Shown here: piece by piece, positions 1 through 9,953 of the stretch
Layout: every line of letters starts with the position of its first letter
Numbering within the stretch: the stretch's first letter is position 1
Origin: an uncultured bacterium
Lineage (GTDB): Bacteria; CSSED10-310; CAZUFC01
Length of the DNA stretch: 64,000 nucleotides
Direction: 5' to 3'
Assembly: GCA_964619725.1 (NCBI GenBank)
Contig: CAZUFC010000026.1
Coordinates: forward strand, 1-64,000
Notes under the pieces: model-generated
The model's database searches: none
Told to the model about the DNA's origin: nothing
What the model saw: only the letters and a program-made list of their open reading frames with translations
Translations under genes and position numbers: made by a program

Positions 1-53
1 CCCAGTCTGACGCAGCATTGGGGGAAATTCGCCGTTTATGGACAAAAACTAGC
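1..53 (+). repeat. dispersed repeat family B, partial (3' end, cut by window start)
   Basis: CTGACGCAGCATTGGGGGAAATTCGCCGTTTATGGACAAAAACTAGC matches 40404-40450. Confidence 0.75.
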
Positions 54-71
54 TAAACGTGAGGTAACGGC

Positions 72-1403
72 ATGAACTATCCGTGCTCTCGATATCCTTC
101 CAGAAGCAGAAAAAAAAAGACTCTTGCCGGCCTGGAGGTTAACAGGAAATCCATTGCTGCAGGGCGCATAACGTTGATGGATAAACGGCGTCTTATTCTC
201 CTGGACGAAACGGGAACGATTGAAGTGATCGTCGCCCCGGATGCTGACATGCAGCAAATAAAGAGATTCGATATAATCGAAGCGGAAGGATTTTTGGACG
301 CCGGCGGGGTTTTCAGAGCTGAATGCCTGACCTTGCTTGTTCCTTATAAAGGAGGCGATGCTGACGTAGATAGTTCGACTTTCAGCAATTTTTCTCGCCG
401 CCGAGAATTATTTCAAAAAAGAGCGGAATTCATGAGTGCTGTGCGCGACTTTTTCAATGAACGGGGATTCCTGGAAACGGAGACGCCGACGCTGTTGCCT
501 TTTACAGAAGCGACGGTTCATATTTCTCCTTTTGATGTGGAATATGCGGATGATTCCGGCCGATGGATTTCCATGCATCTTCAGACGTCTCCCGAACATG
601 CCATGAAAAGATTGCTGGCTGAAGGTTTTGAGAGGATATACCAGATATGCCGGTTTTACAGAAACGGTGAATTTTCAAAGATACACAGTCCTGAATTTGT
701 CGGATTGGAATGGTACGAAGCCTATTCTGACTACAGGGATATCATGGAGACTACTGAACAATTAGTCGCGGAACTCGCTCAAAAACTGCTGTCTACGCTG
801 AAAATTACAAGAAAGGGAAAAATGGCAGACTTGACGCCTCCTTGGACTCGTATTTCCGTCAGTCAATTATTCAAAGACATCGGAATCGACCTGGAGAAGG
901 GATTGACGCGAGAGTCGCTGTTTAATTTAATGAAAAAGAAAAATTATGACGTCTCACCGCAAGACGAATACGACGATCTGTTTTTCAAATGCTTCATCAA
1001 TGATATCGAACAGGACCTGGGCTATGGAAAGCCGGTCATACTGTATGATTATCCCCTTCCCATGGGCGCTTTGGCCAGGGAAAGCGAAACGCATAAAGGA
1101 TTTGCTGAAAGATTTGAGTTTTATATCGCCGGACTTGAACTCGGCAATGGATACACCGAATTGAATGATCCCGTGGAACAGGGAAGACGTTTTCTGGATT
1201 CTTATGAAAAAAAATACGGCTCTATGGATAACGTCAAAATGGATGAGGACTTCCTGAAAGCTCTGGAAAGGGGAATGCCTCCAGCCGGAGGTATCGCCGT
1301 CGGACTGGAAAGACTCTTCATGCTCTTTATGGGAGCTGAATCGATCCATGAAGTGCAGACGATCGCTTTTAAACCTGAGAAGATTACAAGGATAGACAAA
1401 TGA
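72..1403 (+). CDS. epmA: EF-P lysine aminoacylase EpmA/GenX-like class II lysyl-tRNA synthetase paralogue with N-terminal OB-fold-like extension
   Basis: HLQTSPEHAMKRLLAEG (EpmA-type), IYQICRFYRNGE..HSPEF motif 2, ERFEFYIAGLELGNGYTELND, GMPPAGGIAVGLERL motif 3. Confidence 0.8.
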   Translation: MNYPCSRYPSRSRKKKTLAGLEVNRKSIAAGRITLMDKRRLILLDETGTIEVIVAPDADMQQIKRFDIIEAEGFLDAGGVFRAECLTLLVPYKGGDADVDSSTFSNFSRRRELFQKRAEFMSAVRDFFNERGFLETETPTLLPFTEATVHISPFDVEYADDSGRWISMHLQTSPEHAMKRLLAEGFERIYQICRFYRNGEFSKIHSPEFVGLEWYEAYSDYRDIMETTEQLVAELAQKLLSTLKITRKGKMADLTPPWTRISVSQLFKDIGIDLEKGLTRESLFNLMKKKNYDVSPQDEYDDLFFKCFINDIEQDLGYGKPVILYDYPLPMGALARESETHKGFAERFEFYIAGLELGNGYTELNDPVEQGRRFLDSYEKKYGSMDNVKMDEDFLKALERGMPPAGGIAVGLERLFMLFMGAESIHEVQTIAFKPEKITRIDK

Positions 1404-2929
1404 AAGTAACTCTTGCCGGATTCAACGTCGACCACGAGATGCTCCGAAGCCTGAAAGACTTGCGGGAAATACTGTCCTGCGCAGGGAAAATGACGGAAAA
1501 TTCAAAAGAGTCTGAGGCTTCAATTTTTTCAATGATGCGGGAGTGGGGTGAAGTTTCGCCGGAATCTCTGACGTCGGCTTACGCGCGTATAAGTCGCGAT
1601 CCCAGGGACGTCAATGCATTACGTAAAAAAGCTTTAAGGGAAATAAAGAAAGCACGGTCCTCCAACAGAAGGATCATATTCGACCTGGGACATGCTTCCG
1701 TATCGGAGCATGCTGTTTTCAATTTCGACGTACAGGGCATATCCCGTTTGGCTGTTGAGGAGCTGGAAAGCCGGAGATTATGTTCGTTCACTGAAAAATC
1801 GCAGAGATACATCAAGCTGGAAAGGGATATTGTAATTCCTGAAAAGGTAAAGGGCAGCGCATTGGAATCGCTGTTTCTGGATACGATAGACAGGCAATGC
1901 CGGGCTTACGAGACTATTCACTCTGCTGTGTTGGAAAACGAATCGGTGAGAAAAGAGCGCAAAAGAAAAGGGATAGCCAGGGAAGATGCCCGTTATGTAT
2001 TGCCGCTGGCTGTTGCGACTCAGTTGGGCATGACGGCCAACGCCAGAAATCTCAACGCCATGATCAGGAAGTTCAACGAATCAGAGCGGGATGAGCTGAA
2101 AAGACTGGCTGAAGCATTATACAAGGCGGTGTCTGATGCCGCGCCGTCGCTTGTGCCTCTGTCGCTTGAAAATAATGTGCATGCCATTGAAGGACGAGAT
2201 ATGGAGCGATCATCTTACGGTTTTTTTTCAACCAATTTTGCAGGCTCATCAACCCCGAAGACGAAAGAAGAACCTCCAGGCGCTGAACGCGGGCCAACGA
2301 AGCTGTTGAGTTATCCCGAACACGCGGATGAGATACTGGCGCAGGCGCTCAGGCGCCGTTTCTGCCCGGAAGCGGCACGCGCCGTGGATACCGACATGAA
2401 GAAGTCCATATTTTACAATGTGCTGAAAAAAATGAATCCGGAAGAAGGCGCTCCCAGGGAATTTGAATTGGTCAGTTTTCTCTTTGAGTTGACGGTCAGC
2501 GCCTCCTGTTTCGCTCAGTTAAAACGCCACCGGATGGCCACGATTATTCCCGGACCGCTTGATCCGAAGCTGGGCTGCGTTGTGCCTTCTTCCGTGAAAC
2601 GGGCGAATCAGCGGGAATTATTTGAAAACGTCATGGAATCCGCTGATTCCACCTATCAACAATTAAAAGAAAAAGTCCCCGAATGTGCGGATTATATCCT
2701 GACAAACGCGCATAAAAGAAAAATATTAGTTAACATGAACGCCCGATCGCTCTATCATTTCGCCGCCATAAGAATGGACCGGCATGCTCAATGGGAAATA
2801 CGGCAGACAGCAGAGGAGATGGTTAATGCGGCAAAGCGGAAGGCGCCTTTGGCAATGGCTGCAGCCGCAGGACTGGATAACTTTGAAGAGAATAAAAAAC
2901 GGGTATTGAACAGCGTGTTTAACGCATAA
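1400..2929 (+). CDS. thyX: FAD-dependent thymidylate synthase, tandem two-domain ThyX
   Basis: GHASVSEHAVFNF, SFTEKSQRY, REDARYVLP, NARNL in domain 1; FAQLKRHR, MNARSLYHF, HAQWEIR in domain 2; ATGA overlap with upstream gene. Confidence 0.85.
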   Translation: MKVTLAGFNVDHEMLRSLKDLREILSCAGKMTENSKESEASIFSMMREWGEVSPESLTSAYARISRDPRDVNALRKKALREIKKARSSNRRIIFDLGHASVSEHAVFNFDVQGISRLAVEELESRRLCSFTEKSQRYIKLERDIVIPEKVKGSALESLFLDTIDRQCRAYETIHSAVLENESVRKERKRKGIAREDARYVLPLAVATQLGMTANARNLNAMIRKFNESERDELKRLAEALYKAVSDAAPSLVPLSLENNVHAIEGRDMERSSYGFFSTNFAGSSTPKTKEEPPGAERGPTKLLSYPEHADEILAQALRRRFCPEAARAVDTDMKKSIFYNVLKKMNPEEGAPREFELVSFLFELTVSASCFAQLKRHRMATIIPGPLDPKLGCVVPSSVKRANQRELFENVMESADSTYQQLKEKVPECADYILTNAHKRKILVNMNARSLYHFAAIRMDRHAQWEIRQTAEEMVNAAKRKAPLAMAAAAGLDNFEENKKRVLNSVFNA

Positions 2930-2959
2930 AAACCTTTTTAACGGCAAAGGAGCCGGAAG

Positions 2960-3544
2960 ATGAAGATTTACACGGGCAGAGGCGATAAAGGTGAGACCGG
3001 GCTGTTCAGCGGCGAGCGGTTGAGCAAAAACAGCGTGCGGGTATGGGCATACGGCACGGTGGATGAATTGAATTCCTCTATAGGGCTGTTGAAAAGCATC
3101 GTGAAAAAAGAAGACCCCAGGCTTTCCCGGGAACTGGAAAATATACAGGTACGGCTGTTTCGAATCGGGAGCTTACTGGCCGTGAGTCCGGGAACGGAAG
3201 AGTCCCTTCAGTTAAGGAAGCCTTCACGGGAAGACATTGTGGAATTGGAAGAAGCCATTGACCGCATGACCAGTGAAATGCCCGAACTGAGAAACTTCAT
3301 CATTCCAGGAAAAAATTTCACGTCCGCGACCGCTCATCTGGCCAGGACTATATGCAGAAGAGCTGAAAGGACGGTAGTCAAAATATATGAGGAGGAGAAG
3401 ATAAAGGATTCTGACGAGGTTTTCATTACTATCCTCGGATACTTGAACAGGCTGTCGGATTACCTGTTTACGACAGCGCGGCATTGCAGTTTCAGAAAAG
3501 AGGATGCCGATACCTTGTGGAATGAGAGTATGCAAACTGATTGA
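2960..3544 (+). CDS. cob(I)alamin adenosyltransferase, PduO type
   Basis: KIYTGRGDKGETGL, AYGTVDELNS, ARTICRRAER, YLNRLSDYLF. Confidence 0.92.
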   Translation: MKIYTGRGDKGETGLFSGERLSKNSVRVWAYGTVDELNSSIGLLKSIVKKEDPRLSRELENIQVRLFRIGSLLAVSPGTEESLQLRKPSREDIVELEEAIDRMTSEMPELRNFIIPGKNFTSATAHLARTICRRAERTVVKIYEEEKIKDSDEVFITILGYLNRLSDYLFTTARHCSFRKEDADTLWNESMQTD

Positions 3545-3580
3545 CGATGCGTTGAATTCGCCTGATTTACCTTTTGCAAG

Positions 3581-4597
3581 TTGATCGCGACTCCCAAGCT
3601 GAAATGTCGAATAATCCGGCACTCCCTAATACATGCAGAGAACAAAGTGATAAAACTGAATGAATACGAATGGCAGGATCACCCCTTGAATCCGCTCATT
3701 CATCCGCCCGGACGCGAATGGATGATTGCCGATCCCACTGTCATGCCTCCCGAAAAGACCCCCGATGCAAAATGGCATCTGTTCGCCAACAGTCTCGGTT
3801 TCATAAGACATTACCTTTCCGGTGACGGTATTAAATGGGAAATTTCCGGCAATAAATGCTTTCAGGGAATTAGACCTTATCTTTATGTAGAACAGAATCG
3901 TTTTTTTCTGCTTTATGAATGGTTCAGAAGACCCTGGCGGTCAAGCATCGCTGTTCGCTCTTCCCACGATCTGTTTCACTGGAGCGATCCCGTTGTGCTG
4001 CTTGATGCAAACAAAGACAGGAACAACCGTTGCGAAAACGGAAAAATATTTAAATTTATCGGTAATCCCTGCCTTGTCAGGCATAAACAAAAATATCGCC
4101 TCTATTTCAGCTATGATTGGACCTTTTTAAGCGAATGCCTCTATTTTGAACCGCGTTTCGTAGGAATTGCCCGCGCTGACTCAATTTATGGCCCTTATAA
4201 AAGAACCGGCGAACCTTTGATTGAACCGAATCCTTTAGACCCTTATCGCAATTTGGGCGCAGGTTCAGTTAAATTTTTGGCTGATGACGACAAAGGCTGG
4301 TGGGTCCTTAATAACGAAATATTTCGTAATAAAACCGGAAGAGCTTCGTCCGCTATCAGACTGTTGTATTCCCCGGACGGCGTAAAACTGTTCCCTGTTT
4401 CCCGAAAACCCATTATTGCTCCAGAAAAAGGATGGAAAAAAGCTTTTGTTTACGCCTGCTGCCCCCTGATCAGAAACGACGAGTTATACGTATACTACAA
4501 CGCAAGGGACGGATGGTTCAAAGGCGCCGAACGCATAGGACTGTCCATCGGTAAACGCCGGCGGAACAAGGCCGGAGGCTCTTTTTCATCCCAGTGA
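3581..4597 (+). CDS. five-bladed beta-propeller glycoside hydrolase-like protein (GH43/32/130 clan); start uncertain
   Basis: IADPTV, SGDGIKW, SHDLFHW, GNPCLV, YSPDGV, LYVYYNA repeats typical of propeller glycosidases. Confidence 0.6.
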   Translation: MIATPKLKCRIIRHSLIHAENKVIKLNEYEWQDHPLNPLIHPPGREWMIADPTVMPPEKTPDAKWHLFANSLGFIRHYLSGDGIKWEISGNKCFQGIRPYLYVEQNRFFLLYEWFRRPWRSSIAVRSSHDLFHWSDPVVLLDANKDRNNRCENGKIFKFIGNPCLVRHKQKYRLYFSYDWTFLSECLYFEPRFVGIARADSIYGPYKRTGEPLIEPNPLDPYRNLGAGSVKFLADDDKGWWVLNNEIFRNKTGRASSAIRLLYSPDGVKLFPVSRKPIIAPEKGWKKAFVYACCPLIRNDELYVYYNARDGWFKGAERIGLSIGKRRRNKAGGSFSSQ

Positions 4598-4636
4598 CTG
4601 CGCTGTTCGCCCGAATGAGGCTGCTTTTAAAAAATC

Positions 4637-4832
4637 GGGATTGATCAAACCGGGGTTGCACTTCTTTGTAATCTTTTGACAGTTCGTTTCAGTAATCGGG
4701 GTCGGTATCGAAATCGCAACCGGAATCTATAATTACAAGGAGATATGTTTTGTCTTCATCAGATTTTCAAATATCCTCATTTATTCAAGGCTGCGAAAAG
4801 CGTAACCTCAAAACGCGTATATTTGATCAATG
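4637..4832 (+). repeat. dispersed intergenic repeat family A, copy 1 (with internal insertion)
   Basis: GGGATTGATCAAACCGGGGTTGCAC...GTAATCGGGGTCGGTATCGAAATCG...GTAACCTCAAAA...TTTGATCAATG. Confidence 0.8.
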
Positions 4833-4891
4833 ATGAAACATCATTCATTCATGCCTCGTCCTTTCCCGTAAATGTTCTACTGTCGTATGAT

Positions 4892-4919
4892 TTGAGTTCT
4901 GTATGAAATATGTTATAAT
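4892..4919 (+). promoter_or_regulatory. putative sigma70 promoter (extended -10)
   Basis: TTGAGT-N16-TATAAT with TG extension upstream of the 4968 gene. Confidence 0.4.
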
Positions 4920-4937
4920 GACTTCCGACAATATTTC

Positions 4938-6923
4938 TTATCGTATACGGCGCCAAGGAGGAAAAGGATGTCTGAAGAAAAACTGATAGGCAAAATTACT
5001 CATTATTTCGGAAAGATTCAGGTCGCTGTGATCGAAATCAGCGATGGAGAATTGAATATCGGGGACGAGATTCATATCAAGGGAGCCACGACTGATTTTA
5101 CGCAGCAAGTCGAATCGATGGAAATCGATAAGGAAAAGGTGGAAAAAGCCGGACCAGGCGATGCTTTCGGTTTGAAAGTCAGCGGTCCTGTACGTGTCGG
5201 CGATCAGGTTTTTCAGGTTCAGGAAGAGTGATACTGCGGGCGCCCGGCATTTATAAAAGCCTTTTCCGGCGCACCCGTAAGTCGGCTGATAATTACGGGT
5301 TAACTGCTTCAGCGGCGTCGTTTCCCGTCTGATATGCACCTCCCGTAATTCCACGAATTCGGAAGAGCCTTCTTCGCTGCATACTCGCAATATTTTCGTG
5401 GGAAGGTCCTGAAAAATCCGCTCCCAGGGAAGATGAGCCTGAAATTCTGACGAATAAGTAGACACTACGATATATCGAATTTCATAATCTTCCAGAATTT
5501 TTCTTCGCCGTTGGGGACTAGCGCCGGGATCGAAGAAAATTGAGAACAGATGCTCTTTTTTGCGGCGATAGGGTGTCGTGCCCCAATGTCCGAGGAAAAC
5601 GTTTTTTCCCGAAAGCCAGGCGGCTTTGTTGCCCAGATCGCGGTCGATCAGGACGTTTCCTGACGGGAGAACATTCAGAAACCGGAGGCATTCATACTCA
5701 GCATGACTGATGTAGAGACTGGTCGGCCACACGTCGTTTTTCGTCTGTCGGCAGACTTGAACCAGCATGGCGGCATCAGCGATCAGAAACTGAACGAATA
5801 AAAGAGCCGTGACCGTTATCGCCGTTTTTTTTCTGCTGCGATAGAGCGCATACAGAGATGATGCGCTGAAAACCGCGAGCGGAACGAAGAGGGTATGCTG
5901 AAACAGAAGTCCTGTGAGAAAAGGCAGATTGGCGAAGATGAATCCTGTCGCCAGCCACATGAGAAGATAATGACCGCCCGCTTTCTTCATTAAGCCGTTG
6001 AAAGGCAAGCCCAGTAAGGCCAGGGGAAGAAGGAATCCGTATCTTATCCACAGATTGGAAAGCGCTTCATGCGCGTTTGCCTGATAGCAGGTTATGATAT
6101 GAGCGACAATAGGGTCCTGTTTCATCCACCAGATGTAGAACAATACGATGAGAATCGCAGGCGTTTGAAAAGCCGTAAATTTCAGGGCCCTCATGAATTG
6201 CCCCCTCTTCCTGTTGATCAGCAGGGACAGAAAAGGCGCTGAAAACAAAGCGCCGTACGCCGCTATGGCCGTGTTGGGATGAAGCCCCCAAAGCAGCAGT
6301 ACGCATGCGAATCCCCCGGCAAGATTCGCAATGCCCTTTTTTCTGAGATATCGCAGGTAAAAAACGCCCAGGAGCAGTAAGAACGCCAGTCCCAGGACTT
6401 TCAGCGGATTATGATGAAGGCTGAACAGGCTGAATCCGTCCATCCACGTGTTTTTTAATCGGGGTACCTCGTATCCGAATAAATACAGGACGCGTTCCCA
6501 TCCCGTTCCGAAAGCCGTAACGGCCAGGGTCAGAATTCGTAAAAGTCGATCTTCAAAAATATAAGATAAAAAAATGTTCAAAACGACAAAGAAAAATACG
6601 GCAACCAGGGGCGTCGCAGCAGCCCATAAAATCGTTTCACTTACGGAAAACCAGTCCGCAATTCTCCCCAATGCAAAAAAATACAACGCTATTATACGCG
6701 GCGTCTGATGCTCGACCGCCGACCGGTCAAGAAAGAAAAAACGGTCTTCTTCCTTCGCCTGAGACATGAATGATGCATACCGATGATAATCGTCCGAACG
6801 GATATAACCCAGAAATACGTTGTCCTCACGCTCAGCAGTAATCACGCCTGTTAAAGCGGGAAGCAGAAAAGCCAGGCCGGAAATGACGCCCAGGATTATT
6901 GCCGCTGTAAATGTCTTTCTCAT
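4938..6923 (-). CDS. polytopic membrane protein, GT-C glycosyltransferase-like; likely start 6923 (MRKTF), 3' end runs antisense over the 4968 gene
   Basis: N-terminal TM helix, DD in first loop (RSDDYHRY), ~12 hydrophobic segments, soluble C-terminal part (VFLGHWG...YEIRYIVV). Confidence 0.55.
   Translation of the reverse strand: MRKTFTAAIILGVISGLAFLLPALTGVITAEREDNVFLGYIRSDDYHRYASFMSQAKEEDRFFFLDRSAVEHQTPRIIALYFFALGRIADWFSVSETILWAAATPLVAVFFFVVLNIFLSYIFEDRLLRILTLAVTAFGTGWERVLYLFGYEVPRLKNTWMDGFSLFSLHHNPLKVLGLAFLLLLGVFYLRYLRKKGIANLAGGFACVLLLWGLHPNTAIAAYGALFSAPFLSLLINRKRGQFMRALKFTAFQTPAILIVLFYIWWMKQDPIVAHIITCYQANAHEALSNLWIRYGFLLPLALLGLPFNGLMKKAGGHYLLMWLATGFIFANLPFLTGLLFQHTLFVPLAVFSASSLYALYRSRKKTAITVTALLFVQFLIADAAMLVQVCRQTKNDVWPTSLYISHAEYECLRFLNVLPSGNVLIDRDLGNKAAWLSGKNVFLGHWGTTPYRRKKEHLFSIFFDPGASPQRRRKILEDYEIRYIVVSTYSSEFQAHLPWERIFQDLPTKILRVCSEEGSSEFVELREVHIRRETTPLKQLTRNYQPTYGCAGKGFYKCRAPAVSLFLNLKNLIADTYRTADFQTESIAWSGFFHLFLIDFHRFDLLRKISRGSLDMNLVPDIQFSIADFDHSDLNLSEIMSNFAYQFFFRHPFPPWRRIR
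4968..5231 (+). CDS. small beta-barrel 'translation elongation factor-like' protein (EF-Tu domain II / U32 C-terminal-like)
   Basis: AAGGAGG RBS; IGKITHYFGKIQVAV...LNIGDEIHIKG...QQVESME...GDAFGLKVSGPVRVGDQVF. Confidence 0.8.
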   Translation: MSEEKLIGKITHYFGKIQVAVIEISDGELNIGDEIHIKGATTDFTQQVESMEIDKEKVEKAGPGDAFGLKVSGPVRVGDQVFQVQEE

Positions 6924-7036
6924 TTTTACTCGTCGATTCGCCTTCAAAGCGCTATTCAAAGAATGAAGATTCCCCATAAATACAGAAATCATCAGGCAGG
7001 CATGACTATCATAAATGACGGCAAAAGGGCAACCCA

Positions 7037-7080
7037 TTAATTCTCGCAAGCGAGAATTAATTTGTCCGCTTCGCGGAGCC
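7037..7080. repeat. double-hairpin repeat family C, copy 1
   Basis: TTAATTCTCGC-AA-GCGAGAATTAA then TCCGC-TTC-GCGGA; similar copy at 26881-26925. Confidence 0.6.
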
Positions 7081-7377
7081 TTATTCATTCGGATTATATG
7101 CAATAAAAAGCCTGATGTGCCGACTTTCGTGTTAAGTTCAGAGCTCGGCAAGGTCACGTATGATCATAAAAGTCGACATGTTAATTATTTGAATATAAAT
7201 GAAATAAATCTGATGAAAAATCGGGAATATAAATTGGACGTTCGCCGGCTTGAACGATGACCCCCCCTAAAAGCGGCAGAAGAGCGTTGATTTTGCTTAA
7301 TGCGTCGATGACGCGGCAGCATTCCTCCTCTGCATTAAAAGACAACCGCAAAATTGAATTCGGGTACGGGCTTTAAT

Positions 7378-7477
7378 AAAGGACAAAAGGACAAAAGGAC
7401 AAAGGGACAAAGGGACAAAGGGACAAAGGGACAAAGGGACCTAAGGGACCTAAGGGACCTAAGGGACAGAAGGGACG
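7378..7477 (+). repeat. tandem 8/9-mer repeat (AAAGGGAC)n(CTAAGGGAC)3
   Basis: read directly; reverse complement of arrays at 24632 and 27608. Confidence 0.9.
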
Positions 7478-7547
7478 GTTGGAATACAAAATCTTTGGTA
7501 TGAGCAAGAAGCGGCGCCAGAAAATTAACCTTTTCAAATATCCGCAT

Positions 7548-7576
7548 TTGCAGACTCGGGTCAGAAAATATATAAT
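7548..7576 (+). promoter_or_regulatory. putative sigma70 promoter of miaB
   Basis: TTGCAG-N17-TATAAT, followed by GGAGG RBS. Confidence 0.5.
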
Positions 7577-7607
7577 GCGGGCGCCTTTATAAGGTGGAGG
7601 TCAGCGA

Positions 7608-8912
7608 ATGAAATTTTACATTGAAACTTTCGGATGTCAGATGAACGTACATGATTCGGAGACTCTTGCGGGAACATTAAAAGCCGCCGGACATGAGTCC
7701 TGTTCTTCCGTCGGGCAGGCTGATTTGATTCTGCTTAATACCTGCAGCGTCAGGGAGAAGGCTGAAATGAAAGTCCTTAGCCGCGTGGGCAGAATCCGGC
7801 AGATCAAGCAGAACGATTCCGGTTTCCTCCTGGGAATTTGCGGTTGCATGGCTGTGAATAAAGGCGAGGAGCTTTTTAAAAGAATTCCGTCGCTGAATCT
7901 GGTCGTCGGTCCAGGCGGCATCGAGAGGATGCCCGAACACCTTAAAGACGCCCGAAAAGGCAAAAAAGTCATTGACCTCGAATCTGCCGGACGCTCATTC
8001 TTCGACGGTCCCGTCCCGTCGACTCGCCCCAGAAAATTTCAAGCCTATGTTACCATAATGGAAGGATGCGATAACTTTTGCTCATATTGCATCGTTCCTT
8101 ACGTTCGGGGAAGAGAAAAAAGCAGACGGTCCGAAGCGGTTATTGCAGAAGTCGAAAAGCTGGCCGGGGAAGGTTGTCGCGAAATAATACTGCTGGGTCA
8201 GAACGTCAATTCCTATCGTGGCGGAACAAAAGAAAACGTCGATTTCCCGGAATTACTGGAAAGGGTGCATGAAGTCGATAAAATCGAACGGATACGTTTC
8301 ATCACCTCGCATCCTAAAGACTTCAGCGAAAAACTGGCCGCTCAATTCGGAAAACTTAAAAAATTATGCCCGCAGCTTCACATGCCCGCTCAATCCGGTT
8401 CCGACTCCATACTGAAAAAAATGAACCGAGGATATTCCGGTAATGATTACATACGAAAAATCGACATCCTGAAAAATTATTGCCCGCATATAGCCTTGTC
8501 CGGAGATATCATCGTGGGTTTTCCCGGAGAAACCGCTGAAGATTTTGAAGATACCATGAAACTGCTCCGCTACGTCAGATACGATATGCTGTATGCTTTC
8601 AAATACAATACTCGTCCGGGAACTGCCGCCGCTGCGCTTGAGGACGATGTGCCCGAAGAGGTCAAATCGGCGCGTTTAACGGAAGTTTTGAAGCTGCAAT
8701 CGGAAATTATCCTGGAAAGAAACGCTGCGATGGAAGGAAAGACGCTGGAGATACTCGTCGAAGGTATTTCGAGAAAAGGAGGACAGTTGACAGGGCGAAG
8801 TCCCGGCAATCATGTCGTTAATTTCAAGGGTGACCAAGAATTGATCGGACAGGTCGTAAAAGTAAAAATAACGAAGGGCGCGCCGCACTGCCTGGAAGGA
8901 GAGCTCCCTTAA
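7608..8912 (+). CDS. miaB: tRNA-2-methylthio-N6-dimethylallyladenosine synthase MiaB
   Basis: TFGCQMNVHDSE, NTCSVREKAE, CDNFCSYC radical SAM motif, RIRFITSHP, C-terminal TRAM domain. Confidence 0.95.
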   Translation: MKFYIETFGCQMNVHDSETLAGTLKAAGHESCSSVGQADLILLNTCSVREKAEMKVLSRVGRIRQIKQNDSGFLLGICGCMAVNKGEELFKRIPSLNLVVGPGGIERMPEHLKDARKGKKVIDLESAGRSFFDGPVPSTRPRKFQAYVTIMEGCDNFCSYCIVPYVRGREKSRRSEAVIAEVEKLAGEGCREIILLGQNVNSYRGGTKENVDFPELLERVHEVDKIERIRFITSHPKDFSEKLAAQFGKLKKLCPQLHMPAQSGSDSILKKMNRGYSGNDYIRKIDILKNYCPHIALSGDIIVGFPGETAEDFEDTMKLLRYVRYDMLYAFKYNTRPGTAAAALEDDVPEEVKSARLTEVLKLQSEIILERNAAMEGKTLEILVEGISRKGGQLTGRSPGNHVVNFKGDQELIGQVVKVKITKGAPHCLEGELP

Positions 8913-9269
8913 TCTGTTCCGGCCTGATCCCCTTTATCTTCGAGTCTTGCCTTGCGCCCGGCAGTTCGCCGGACCAAATGTTTCTCATCCTGAAACAACA
9001 TTATGAAGTATTCAGCGCTGATGTGTTTTGCTCAAAGGTAATTTTAGTATCGATAGGCCATACATCACAAGAGTCCGACTCAGGCGTTTATGCTCTTGAA
9101 TATTTTTTCAGCCCTTCAGTCGCAATATGTTGTAAACGAAATCAGGAACAGGTTTCTAATATGTCCTTGCTTTAAAATTGGAAAGCAGTTATATTTAAAA
9201 CAGCGCTTCACTGGTCGGGTAGTGGGTGTGCGACAGAAAAGGCGCAGCTGGAATGTCGGAGGAAATCAC

Positions 9270-9758
9270 ATGTTAATCGAAGTTAAAGTAAAAGGGCTTA
9301 CTCTGGACCCGTTAACGAGTATGGCGATAATTCTCTTGAGGGCGGTTGAATCTAAAAAAACTCTACCATTCTGGGTGGGAATATTTGAAGCGAACGCTAT
9401 TGCGGTTGGGTTGGAAAATGAAAAATCGCCTCGCCCCATGACGCATGATCTGCTGAAAAACGTACTGGAAGAATTGGGAGGTCGTTTGGAAAGAGTAGTG
9501 ATAAATGATCTGCGTGACGGCACTTATTTCGCCCATCTGGATATCTGGGTCGCCGGGGAGAAAGTTAAAGTGGATTCGCGCCCCAGCGACGCCATCGCCT
9601 TGTCCGTCAGGTTTAAAGTCCCCATCTTTGTGGACTCGGAAGTCTTTGAAAAAGCCAAGGGCGAAGAAACGATTCCTCCGAGTAATGAAGAGAAAAAGAA
9701 GTTGGCGAACTGGTTGAAAAATTTGAAACCTGAAGATTTTGGGGAATATCCCGTTTGA
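9270..9758 (+). CDS. bifunctional nuclease family protein (DUF151)
   Basis: LPFWVGIFEANAI, PRPMTHDLL, DSRPSDAIAL; GGAGG RBS before ATG 9270. Confidence 0.9.
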   Translation: MLIEVKVKGLTLDPLTSMAIILLRAVESKKTLPFWVGIFEANAIAVGLENEKSPRPMTHDLLKNVLEELGGRLERVVINDLRDGTYFAHLDIWVAGEKVKVDSRPSDAIALSVRFKVPIFVDSEVFEKAKGEETIPPSNEEKKKLANWLKNLKPEDFGEYPV

Positions 9759-9953
9759 AGAATAGAGCATTTCCGTGATTTTAGCGCGTATTCCCTTTAA
9801 AAAACCTCAAAAAATTCATTCTTATCTTTATTAACACCGGAAAATTTCGTAAAATATTCGTTTTGACAGGAACTTTTTGTTCCTGCGCATGTTAAAAACT
9901 TTGACCCGTGATCAATCGGGGGAGAAATTACTTAAGGATGTAAGGAAACAAAG

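Noticed and set aside
7378-7477. CRISPR array (also 24632, 27608 and family A)
   Set aside because: Contiguous short units without unique spacers; no cas genes in the window.
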